This document shows, in pieces, positions 40,162 to 50,161 of a stretch of 64,000 nucleotides of DNA. The position numbers and the translations under genes were made by a program. This DNA comes from Trypanosoma brucei (lineage: Eukaryota): positions 2,656,001 through 2,720,000 of the forward strand of contig CM000208.1 in NCBI GenBank assembly GCA_000002445.1, given 5' to 3'. The notes under the pieces are model-generated. The model was not told where the DNA came from. It did not search any database and saw only the letters and a program-made list of their open reading frames with translations. Position 1 is the stretch's first letter. Each line of letters begins with the position of its first letter.

Positions 40162-43100
40162 GTGAGTGTTTTGCCGTACAAAACCACTCCGCACAGTATA
40201 GAAGCGGCAGCCGCCACTTGCCCATCGTACCGACAGGACGAACTCGGCAGGATGATGCGTCGTATGACTGCAACTGCCGTGGTTCCGCTCATACCGAGAG
40301 CGCAGAGTCGTGCCACAAGCTGTTTCACTGGGAATGGCGATAATCGGAACGGCAATAAGGCCGGAAGAAATGACGTTTCCAAGGGGCCGTACGGGGGACG
40401 ACCGTATGATGATATCGTGTCCAGTGTTGATGTGGATGGGGAGCGGCTCCGAGGGTCAGTGAGTTGCACCTTGAAGAAGGCGCAAACTGGGCCGTCCAGG
40501 TCGAAGTATGTACTCTCAGATGCGCGAGGAGGGGTGCTACGCGAGTGTGGGACAAAAACTGAGGCTAGTAATGAACTGGGCCGCGAAAACCTAAGGGAAG
40601 AAAATAAGAAGGAGGAGCGGATGCTTTCGAAAATAAAGAAAAAGTGCGACGTCATCAGTCAGCCTAAGCGGAAAACCTTTATCCTTACGAGCAATTTTTC
40701 TAACCGATATGCCATAGAAAACGATAACAAGAACCATTCTGATAACGATGAAGATGTTACTCGCATTTACAGCTATAACGAGGTGGAGCAGGCGGGTAAC
40801 AAGTGCCGTCCGAGGCAGGGGGATGCGACATTCTCCAAATCATCTCCTTCACCCACTGTGGGTGTAAACTCTGTCGTCAAGCGCGAGATGATGAGGGAAA
40901 GAAGAGGGAAGGAAAAACATTGTGGCGATTCGGCAGTGCTCTCCGATGCTGGCGCGGTTGCGGACCGGGGTCCCGGATGGGGGAATGCAACATCATCTGA
41001 GAACGACAAGATCACCGAGATGCAAAGGTACGAAGGATATGTTGGCAAGAGAAGCTCTGGTAGCATTGTAAAAGACGCTGATGAATCGCACTTAAAAGAC
41101 AACGGCTACGAAGAAGACGATGATGAATTTGCGGCCAGCTCTGCAGTTTCTGTCGACAAGTTCAGAAGGGTAAAGAACCACCCCTTTTTCGATGACTTGC
41201 TGCGCCGCATCGAAAAAAATGCTGCACGGCAGCGGCAACAGATTAGGGCAGCGGGTCATTACAACTTAGATGCCGTTAATCTGTGCGTACGACCTCTATT
41301 ACAGCTCACTGACTATCCGTTCACCCTCGCAGAGTTGCATCAAATGGCCCCGTTCATATATCCCAATCTTCTCAAGGGCTCTCTGTCGGATTTAAAGGCG
41401 TGTCGCCGCCTTCACCTGTTTCACTCAGCCGATACCGACGTTATCCTAGATTGGTCCGTGGAGGATTTTCTCCGCCGACGATATGAAAGTATTCACCTTT
41501 CGTGGGAACCTGTAAAGATAGTCATGATGAGATTTGGGTGGGACCATGAGATCATGTCAGACCGTGATTGTCTTCTTTATCTTTCCAAGTTTATGGAATA
41601 CATCGAGCTTGCACAGCTAGAGCTAAGCGCAGGAGACGAAAAGCCTAGCGCCGTCGCTATCGAGGATCCTGTGCGGACGGCGGAGCAGCGCCCCATCCCC
41701 GTGTCACGACTTTTGGTGCGACGTAAACCGTCCGAAGAAACGGAGCCATCCGTAACTGAAGCGATTAGGCTTATGGGTACCCCCGCGCTTTGGAGCCCTT
41801 CAAGATCAAAGAAGGCGAGGACAGTCGACAAAGAAAGCGTTGAGGGCGTATTTGAGTGTATCCAACGAGAGGCTGCAGACGTTGACGGAGACGAGGGGTC
41901 ACGACTACGCCACGGTGTGGAGGTGGTTGCACCCTTGCAACAGGCAAGGAACCCGTCGGGGCGCAGCATCAGGGATTTCTCACTTGGCAAAAGAAGAGCC
42001 ACAATGATTAATGATGATGTCCCGAAAAGTTTTGGTATCGCGGGAGGGAAGCCATTTGATGGCGACAACCACATCTACACTCCGGAATCGTACGAGGCAC
42101 TCAGCAATGCTTATCACAAAAAAAAAGTGGAGGCATCTTTGCTGCGTCGTCGCCTCCTTGCAACGAGCAGCATTGACTGCGCTAGTGAGTTGCAGGAGAA
42201 ATTGTTTCAAGTGCAAAAAGATCTCTCTCGCCTGAAGGACCGCCTGGAAAAGATGCGGCAGTTGCGCCGAATGGAAGGGGGAGATGTTGAGCGTCACGCT
42301 TCTGTGGAGATTGAGGGTGATGATCATGGTGCAAACGCTCGCTGGATGGAAAGAAAGAACTGTCCGATCCCAAAGGTTGCAGCAGCCGGAGTGGGGGTGG
42401 GGGATGAAATCAGTGCCGGTGATGAACCTGTTTCGGTTTTTACCGGTGAGTTCGAAGCAAATCAACTAAACACAAGCCAGCAGAGGGGAAAAAACTGTAA
42501 TGTCGCTGGAGATAACTTCGAGGAAGAGGGTTTCACAACGCTACCGGTGTGTGTGGCTGAAAAGGGTACCAAACGTGTGGTGCAAGCCAGATTGTCGGAT
42601 GGGCGTGAAATCCAATCGTTATCTTCAGCGGCGATCCAACTGAAGCGAGAAATAGAATTAGCCCGTGAAAAGCACCGGCGGGAGGAGGAGAGTCTCATGA
42701 AAAAAATGGATGAGGCTTTGTCGACACTAGTCAAAATAGAGATGACCATGAAAAACCTTGCTGAGCGTGAAAAGGAGGAAGCATTGATGGAGGAGGAGCG
42801 ATGCCGACTGGAAAAAGAGCGAAAGGATGAAGCAATCAAAAGGATGAGACGAGAAGAAGCTGAAGCGCGTGCTCGAGCCATGGAGCACGAACTTCTTCGT
42901 AAGCACGAAGAACGCTTGAAACTCCTAAACATGCGGCGCGAGAAGGCACAGCAAGCGCAGCGTGATGCAGAACTCGAACTGGAGCGTCAAAAAAAGGAAG
43001 AACAGGAGGCCTTGGAGGCTGAGGCCGAACTTCAGCGGAAACTGGATGAGGCTAAATCCATGATATGGAGTGACAAAGCAGCGGGCGAGATGCCCGTTAA

Positions 43101-44412
43101 GGACCAAGTCGTACATGCTGTTGAGAGGGAGTGTACCCCCGTTTTCTCCGGCGACGCAGACGGTGAGGGCTGCTGTCGTGTTGCATCAGAGGAGATGAAA
43201 CATGAATCGGCGTCGCTATCTTCGGCAGAACAAGGATCACCGTCTGAATTATCCTGCACTCCTGAGCAGTACGACGGTTTACACCTGGCATCCAAGCGGT
43301 TGCGGAAGGAAATTGCCGAGCTTGAGCGTCAAATGGACGTTGAGGGAGATGAGGATGACATGACGCTTATGGCGGTTCTCGCGGTTTCGAGGGCCGAACT
43401 GGAGGAGTTAGATGAATTTATCCGCATGGTACAACTTAAGGAACCGTGGGCCACAGCGCGTGACAGAGCTCGAAGGGAAGAGGAGATGAAGGAGGCGAAA
43501 AGCAGGGGTGACTCGCCCTGCGATATACAGGAAAAAATAAGTGACATCCGCTTCCAGATTACCTTGATGGAGAAGCGGCTTCAGCATGCCACGGAGCGTC
43601 GGGTGATAACGAAACTCGAACAGGGAATCATCAATGGGAGACGAGAAATTAATCGTCTGCGGGTGGAACAGGACCGGCTGCGCCGTTCGGGGAGGCCGGC
43701 GGATGCTGGTGGCATTCAGGTTCCCCCCTTCGTAAGTGTTGCAGAAGCATTGGCTGAGGCCGAGGCCGAAGATATCGAAGCTTCCGCCGTTGCCGACGAC
43801 GATCTCTATCGTGAGGCACTGGAGGCTCCCGTTGGGGCGCATGGATCTGATAATGTTGCTTCTGTTGGTGGAATGAACCGCCCGCAACCGGGTAATGTTT
43901 TGGACCCCCTTGTCCCCGCCGATCATGTTACGGACTCTGCTAATGACAACTCTGCTGAGTGTGCGGAAAGCACGCCACAAGAGGATGAGAGGGAGCTGCA
44001 GCAGCTAATGGTTCGGTTGAAGGCAGTGTTGGCAGATATCAAGCAACTGGAAGGACGCCTTGACGAGCAGGAAGATGGGGATGATGCCGAAGCCATCGCC
44101 AAATCTCTCATTCAGTTACAAGGGAAGTTGCAGCAGCTCCTCGAAATGCGCGAAACGCTTAGGAAGCGCACGGAACGGGTGTCTTCGAGAGGGAAATCAG
44201 ATTTTCGGGGGCCTGCTTTTGACGAATCTGAGGAGGCGACTACGACGCCAACGCCAGCTGTTTTGACCCCGTTGTCCGGTCGGCCAATTTCAGGTTATGC
44301 ATTATATAAAGACGTCGGAGCCGTGCGTTCAGGTTCAGAAGAGTTTAAGCAAAGCGGTGCCGCGGGAGGGAAGAAGCAACAGAGGGTGAAGTCAAGAAAG
44401 GTCCGCAACTAA
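40162..44412 (+). CDS. Large hypothetical protein (1416 aa) with long C-terminal coiled-coil/charged region; likely kinetoplastid-specific
   Basis: Continuous 4.25 kb ORF. The C-terminal half is E/R/K/L/Q-rich heptad-like (EKHRREEESLMKKMDEAL...). No catalytic motifs recognised. Confidence 0.6.
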   Translation: MSVLPYKTTPHSIEAAAATCPSYRQDELGRMMRRMTATAVVPLIPRAQSRATSCFTGNGDNRNGNKAGRNDVSKGPYGGRPYDDIVSSVDVDGERLRGSVSCTLKKAQTGPSRSKYVLSDARGGVLRECGTKTEASNELGRENLREENKKEERMLSKIKKKCDVISQPKRKTFILTSNFSNRYAIENDNKNHSDNDEDVTRIYSYNEVEQAGNKCRPRQGDATFSKSSPSPTVGVNSVVKREMMRERRGKEKHCGDSAVLSDAGAVADRGPGWGNATSSENDKITEMQRYEGYVGKRSSGSIVKDADESHLKDNGYEEDDDEFAASSAVSVDKFRRVKNHPFFDDLLRRIEKNAARQRQQIRAAGHYNLDAVNLCVRPLLQLTDYPFTLAELHQMAPFIYPNLLKGSLSDLKACRRLHLFHSADTDVILDWSVEDFLRRRYESIHLSWEPVKIVMMRFGWDHEIMSDRDCLLYLSKFMEYIELAQLELSAGDEKPSAVAIEDPVRTAEQRPIPVSRLLVRRKPSEETEPSVTEAIRLMGTPALWSPSRSKKARTVDKESVEGVFECIQREAADVDGDEGSRLRHGVEVVAPLQQARNPSGRSIRDFSLGKRRATMINDDVPKSFGIAGGKPFDGDNHIYTPESYEALSNAYHKKKVEASLLRRRLLATSSIDCASELQEKLFQVQKDLSRLKDRLEKMRQLRRMEGGDVERHASVEIEGDDHGANARWMERKNCPIPKVAAAGVGVGDEISAGDEPVSVFTGEFEANQLNTSQQRGKNCNVAGDNFEEEGFTTLPVCVAEKGTKRVVQARLSDGREIQSLSSAAIQLKREIELAREKHRREEESLMKKMDEALSTLVKIEMTMKNLAEREKEEALMEEERCRLEKERKDEAIKRMRREEAEARARAMEHELLRKHEERLKLLNMRREKAQQAQRDAELELERQKKEEQEALEAEAELQRKLDEAKSMIWSDKAAGEMPVKDQVVHAVERECTPVFSGDADGEGCCRVASEEMKHESASLSSAEQGSPSELSCTPEQYDGLHLASKRLRKEIAELERQMDVEGDEDDMTLMAVLAVSRAELEELDEFIRMVQLKEPWATARDRARREEEMKEAKSRGDSPCDIQEKISDIRFQITLMEKRLQHATERRVITKLEQGIINGRREINRLRVEQDRLRRSGRPADAGGIQVPPFVSVAEALAEAEAEDIEASAVADDDLYREALEAPVGAHGSDNVASVGGMNRPQPGNVLDPLVPADHVTDSANDNSAECAESTPQEDERELQQLMVRLKAVLADIKQLEGRLDEQEDGDDAEAIAKSLIQLQGKLQQLLEMRETLRKRTERVSSRGKSDFRGPAFDESEEATTTPTPAVLTPLSGRPISGYALYKDVGAVRSGSEEFKQSGAAGGKKQQRVKSRKVRN

Positions 44413-45791
44413 TATGATTGTGCCAGCCGAGGAAGAATGGTCTCCCTGTCACACGAGGGTCAATGTTACATAATAGTGACCAAAAGGTAGATCCTCCGTT
44501 GGGTTCGCGCACGCCTGCGCCCGTATTACGGCCACTGTGTGTGTGTGCGCTGCCAACGCTAAGAGAGAATTGAGGACACAAGTAACGTTAACGTTAGAGG
44601 CAGGGCAGGTGCGTGTAGGTATAAGGTCCAAATAGTTGCAGGTGACAACGTGCGTGCTTTGGTAAGTATACTGCCTTCTTTCCCCCTCACTTTGTTTCTT
44701 TCTCCAGCACTGCTTTGAGAGGGGGGGGGGCGAGGGCACGTGGGATCTGCTGGCCACGACAGTGGGGCCAGTGATGAAGTTGGAGATGGAGGCAAAATTT
44801 GAGTGATTTTACCTAGTGGGCGTTGAGCATAGACAAATGAGCAGTTAAATGCTGTCGTTAATTTCATACTGCTTAGAATAGAACAATTGTATTGGCACCC
44901 CCCTCTAATGTGAACAATCGCGGCGTTGTGGAAGTGACGACGTATGGGAGTCGTGCCTATCCCCAAGGCAGCTTTCCCCCGCTCCTTTGCTCAACTGGGG
45001 GTCACAAGCACTGTCGGTGCTGTTTGAGGGTAGCAATTCTCCGTTTACTTGAGCATTTTTTCCCCTCTCCGCTGTGCACGGGTAAATAGGGGATGGGAGG
45101 TGGTGTAAAAGAAAAGAAAGTGCGTGCGTCCCGATGCATCTACAATGAACACGGAGGTATAGGAGGCAGTGACTGTGTTTTGGAAGGTACAGTAACAAAG
45201 AGCCAAAACATAAGCAATCAATTGAAAAAGGATGCGTTGCCCTGGGGGAAACGGGTCGTGTGTCGGTTCGTCATAGAGTACACACTTTATCCTTCTTTTA
45301 ATCGTTATCTTCTGTAGTGCAATCGTAGGGTGTGAGGTTGGAAGGGAGGAGGGATGAAAGCTAGGTAAAGTTCCCGGAACTACCGACGTGTGAGCACAGA
45401 GAGAGCGTTCTACGAGACATAGAACGAGCTGAAAGCACGATAAGTTTTGTTTGAGATTTTGTTAGTGCTCGCTAACGCTTCCGAACCGCGAGTAGTGTGG
45501 GTTCATCACGTTTGCCTGAGCTTTCCCCGTTCTCAGGGCTGTGGAGGGGCATCTTCCGTGTCGTTTACATTTTTTTCTTTCGTGAGTGCGTGTGTCTGCA
45601 CTTTTTTTAAACCGACTTCTGCTCCGTTTACTCCATTCGTGAAAAAGTCCTTGCCTGGTGCTCCGGGGCGTTTTCCCCTCGTATATCACCTTCCGGCCTC
45701 GAATTGGCTACCGGTGGTGCACGCTGAAGGATTTGTCGTTATTGCCGATCCATGCCCTTTTTTTTTCGTGAGGTCAAAAAAATAGTACGTT

Positions 45792-46253
45792 ATGTTTCGA
45801 GTGACTGGCTTGCAACTTAAGAACCCTGTGGTGTTCAAGCAGGGCCAGGGCATGTTTTCCCATCAGCTCAAGCGGCTGCTGCAGAAGAAGTCGATACACC
45901 GTTACAATTGGGATCCTTTACCGATGTACGATCCTCGCAAGCTCGTGCATGCTAGTCGTCATATGGATGTTGAAACGTGGCGCGAGGTACCCGACCCACA
46001 TTGGGATGAACGGTCTTATTTGGTACCGGATCAGATGTTTTACAACATTCCCGTGCCTCCAGAGTATAAAGATGCGTATTGGTGGAGGGAGCTGCAGGCG
46101 CGGCGCGTGCAGTGCCCAGTGGAGTGGGTGAGTCATCGCATGTACAACAAAGGGGACAGACAACGATACGACTTCCAGGATTTGGCGTTCCGCAAGAAGT
46201 TCGAGTTTTCATATGAAGAGGTAGTGAAGAACGCAAAGGATATGCGAAGTTAG
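45792..46253 (+). CDS. Small hypothetical protein (153 aa) with MFR-type N-terminus; candidate mitochondrial protein
   Basis: The N-terminus MFRVTGLQLK... is basic and amphipathic; a polyY tract lies upstream. Compact, W/Y-rich. Confidence 0.45.
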   Translation: MFRVTGLQLKNPVVFKQGQGMFSHQLKRLLQKKSIHRYNWDPLPMYDPRKLVHASRHMDVETWREVPDPHWDERSYLVPDQMFYNIPVPPEYKDAYWWRELQARRVQCPVEWVSHRMYNKGDRQRYDFQDLAFRKKFEFSYEEVVKNAKDMRS

Positions 46254-46919
46254 TGCTGAGCAATTGGTGTGTACTAGTTCACTTCGCGCCGGTCCGGCGA
46301 GTCTCTCCCTTTACTTTTGCTTGCCGTCGCAAAGGATGGGGAGGGATGGTGGTGGTGCGGTGTAGGAGTGGTAAACGTTCTTTTGTTACGTATCGCTGCG
46401 AGTGCACGTGCCTTTGCTTACGTGATACTATTGGGTCTCTTTTGTTTTGTTGTGCTGAGTGTTTTCGATCTGTTGGCGTCCTCTGTGTGTGCATTTTACT
46501 CCCCATATTGTCTGTGCCTGCTCACCTTCACATGTTAATGTGCGTGTTTGAGTGTAATATTCTTACCTGACAATGTTATCGCGCTGTTGTGCACATAACC
46601 AGTGACCTCATACGAAAAACAAATCCTCTTACTGGCGCTCTTCCACCATGCCTTTGCTTCTCCCTCGCACCTCATCGTCTCTCAGAGCCACTTCCACTAC
46701 GATATCACCCCACGTCGTTGTTCTGATCCGGCAACCGGTGCAGGAGGACGGTAGAAGGGGAACAGGGAGAAAAGGGGCCAGAAACGAGGCAGAAGTGGGT
46801 GCGGGGTGTTCTGCTCTAGAGGAGGTGCTGTATATTACGTCTAATAGGTTGAAGCACAGAGTTGTTCCGCAGGTGGGGGGAAAAAACGGCGTTGGCAACA
46901 GGACGGGACAGAGTACACT

Positions 46920-48953
46920 ATGTCCTCCAAATTAGGGACCGCTTCGGAAAGTACTGGGCGTGGTGGAAGCACTCAAAGATCCTCTGGAACTGCTGTGCCG
47001 GGGTGCTTCTCGCCCCGGCCAACTCACTCACGGAACTTGAGCACGGAAAGCAGCACGTTCCTTAGGGAGACACCATCAAAGGGTGTGGCCGAAACTCCCA
47101 CTGGCAAGCAGCAAGTTTCCTCAGTTTCGAAAGAAGCTGGTGAGAAGTTCAGAAGTACGCGGTCCAAATCACAGACGCTTGATTCCTCCCCCCCATCGCA
47201 CACACGAGTCTCCTCCACAGGTGGGCTTTCCCCCAGTCGGGGGTCGTCCTCTGCGATGTCCAGGGGCAAGGCAGTACGGCGTAGGGAGCGCGCGCTGCGC
47301 CATTCCTCTCCTCTAGAAACGTTGCTCGAGCACCAGCGTTTTAGGTGCTCTTCCTCTGTGAAGGCACTCGAAGGTGCCAGCGCTTCCTCACCCGATGAAA
47401 AGACGCGGGGAGCGGCAACATCTTCACGGGGTTCGTTGGCCGGCTCTCAGATGGGACGCGGAAGGTTTACACTGCTTGAGTCGTATGCGTCCGGGAAACC
47501 GTGGTCTGTGGTTGCCGAGCCACATGGAGACATATGTAGGAATTCGTCACGGAACGTATCGTCTCTCGCGGTGAGTAGTTCGGGGGAGCATGTGGCTTTC
47601 GGTGACCGTTCTGGCCGAGTTTTCGTCATGCAGCAAAGGCGACTGGACGAGGAAAGCGGTGACGTGGAAGGTGGGAGGGAGGACCCCGCAGGTGCCTCTA
47701 CTACTTCTCGTGCCCACCGTCCTTACGAATTTGCCGTGGGTCGTCAAGCCTATACTTCAATTATTGACCCCCTGAACAATGTTGAGGTGACACCCAACAT
47801 TCAAGCCGTATGCTTTCTACCCCAGATAGGAGCTTCGACGTATCTGCTCACTGCAAACGAAAAACTCCCAAAGTTGTATAAGATCGTGAGGGTACGGGAG
47901 TCGCCCTCCTCCTTTTCAGCGGTGGACTGCTTAGGAGGCAACCAAACTTCATCTCTAACGTTGAACCCTCCCCATGGAACTATGGTAAATGCAATGAAGC
48001 AGGTCACTCGATACGCATTGAACCACGAGTACAACATCAATTCACTGTGTCCACAAGCGGATGGGACACAGTTCTTCTCTGCCGATGATTTAACTGTCAA
48101 GTTGTGGTGCGTAGAGTATCCTGAAGCCTCAATTGAGACGTACAGCGTTAAGCCCCCTTGTGATGAAGAGGCACAAGAAATGATTTGTTCCGTTCAAAGC
48201 TTTCCCCACGAACCATTTTTGCTATTTGTGGTAAGTATATCTGGTACAGTTCGTGTTGTGGACACAAGGCAAACAATCAAGTTGCTTCACCGATCTCCGC
48301 TCACTTTCAGAAGCACCTTGCGTGAAAATGACATGACGTACAACAGCATGCTTTTGGATTGCACACTCAGCCCATGTGGGCGTTATGTGGCCGGGCGCGA
48401 TACCACGGGCGTTTGCCTTTGGGACGTCAGGCGTCCTGGAGCATCTGCGGGCGGCTTCCAAGGAGGTTTGGTGTCGTCAAAATTAGCACACAGTGAGGAG
48501 CACGACGTGGTGCAGCGGTGGGAGGTTCATCCGCATCTGCGGCGCGAACTTGACCAGTTCTTCCAGAGCAGTGCTGTTGAGCGGTTCCACCTCCGTTTTT
48601 TGAATTGTCGCGAGATATGCACCGGAGGGTTCGCTAACACACTTCATCTCATTGACATCTTAGACAGTGATGGCGCAGTCATTGACAAAACTTTCACCGC
48701 GCAGCGGTACGGAAATGTAAAGTCGCTTAGGCTTCCCAAATTGCAAGACTCAAGTGATAGAGGACGTGGCTCGTTGCAGGTGTCTTCAGCCAACTCGGTA
48801 TCACTCCCGACAGCTGGTGAGGGAGAAGGGTTATTCAGCACCGCTGTGACACATCTATCGTCCCCTCTTACTTCCCACAATGGTGACTGCTCGATACTGG
48901 CATCTTGTGGTTCAGCTCTATTTCAGATTGGCTATCCCAGCCTCCGCCTGTAA
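46920..48953 (+). CDS. Protein phosphatase 2A 55-kDa regulatory subunit B (B55/PR55) with ~230-aa Ser-rich N-terminal extension
   Basis: [26 protein letters not shown] matches B55 [52 protein letters not shown] matches [40 protein letters not shown] matches the ADDLRINLWHLEI block. Confidence 0.8.
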   Translation: [677 protein letters not shown]

Positions 48954-49305
48954 CCTACGTTCGCGGTAGTTGTTTCCTGTCTCTGACCACGGATGTCACA
49001 GAACCACGCCGTCTTTTTTTCGTTTGCTTAGTATTTTGTTGCTTCCTTTTTGATCTGTTTGGCGCCCTTTGGGGGAACGACACCGACAACATCGGTTCCT
49101 TTATGGCTTTCCTCTTTTTCCCTTTCTTTTGCTTTGAACGGCTGAGCGCGCATCATTTACCGTGCTTGGTTTTACTTGCAATTCTGTATAATACAGGCGA
49201 CCGCAGTATAGAGTTTATCGTTAGGTCTTTCGCAGGAACTTGTTGCAACTGCGTGTTTATTGTTTATCGGCTTGTGTCCCCTGAAGTTTGATTATCCTGT
49301 TAACA

Positions 49306-49309
<4 letters not shown>

Positions 49310-49347
<38 letters not shown>

Positions 49348-49348
49348 G
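49310..49348. repeat. (GT)n microsatellite (~17 units with one interruption) between the PP2A-B55 gene and the next ORF
   Basis: gtgtgtgtgtgtgtgtgtgtgtgtgtgtgtgtgcgtgtg is seen directly. Confidence 0.9.
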
Positions 49349-49377
49349 ACTAGTTTGTTAGGCAGGAGTCGGGGCGA

Positions 49378-49818
49378 ATGTTTCGTCCCACCACCGCCAT
49401 CGCTGACAGCTTCAAAGAACACTACCACCGCGTGCACCTTCCGAGGCGCTTGGCATTGCAGCGTTACGCACGACAACAGAGCCTCCGAAATGCTGCAAAG
49501 GGGAATGTAAAAGCGGAAGAGGTACCTTACAAGTACAACCGCTGGTGGGTTAATGAGGAGCACGAGTTTGTACACCAGTACGCGTTCGTAGAGGACCCTG
49601 AGGTGACGAAGGCAAAACGGGAGACGCTGCCCCCTGTGACAAGGGAGAACATCTGGAAGGAACCACAGCAAACTTTCTTCTTGCCATTCGCGCCGTATGT
49701 CCGTGTAGTTGACTACCCGAAAGATCCCGATGCAAAGTTCTTAAAGCCAGTTAACATTCCCCGCTGGAAGGATTATATGCAAAGGACCAAACCAGTGATA
49801 CCGCGGACGTGGTACTAG
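49378..49818 (+). CDS. Small hypothetical protein (146 aa) with MFR-type basic N-terminus; candidate mitochondrial protein
   Basis: MFRPTTAIADSFKEHYHRVHLPRRLALQRYARQ resembles a kinetoplastid mitochondrial presequence. The ORF is in polycistron orientation. Confidence 0.45.
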   Translation: MFRPTTAIADSFKEHYHRVHLPRRLALQRYARQQSLRNAAKGNVKAEEVPYKYNRWWVNEEHEFVHQYAFVEDPEVTKAKRETLPPVTRENIWKEPQQTFFLPFAPYVRVVDYPKDPDAKFLKPVNIPRWKDYMQRTKPVIPRTWY

Positions 49819-49830
49819 TGAGAACTTTGG

Positions 49831-49875
49831 TTCTGCTGTCGTTTTTTTTTTTTTTTGCGTCGTTGTGTTGCTGTG
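49831..49875 (+). promoter_or_regulatory. Polypyrimidine tract (T16-containing), candidate trans-splicing/polyadenylation signal between genes
   Basis: The tract ttctgctgtcgtttttttttttttttgcgtcgttgtgttg lies immediately downstream of the 49818 stop and upstream of the TTC4-like gene. Confidence 0.4.
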
Positions 49876-50161
49876 TGGTTGCGGTCTGCATGTGTTGCTC
49901 AACTTACTGCCTTCGTACGCAGCTTATCCAAGTGCCTCTTTGCCCTGTGTCGAGCACCCAAGAGGAGAGAGGTTCAGTCTTTTCTCTGAATTGTGTTGTT
50001 TACTGGGAACGACGCTGGTAGAACTGGGTGCTGGATGGATGAGGCAACCCCGACTGTGTGCACACCTTTGCATTTGTGCATGCGTTACACCCTTCTTTCG
50101 ATCTGTAATTAATCTTCCCACCGTGCCTTGTTTTGGCTCTCAGTGGTGCATAGAATCAGTA

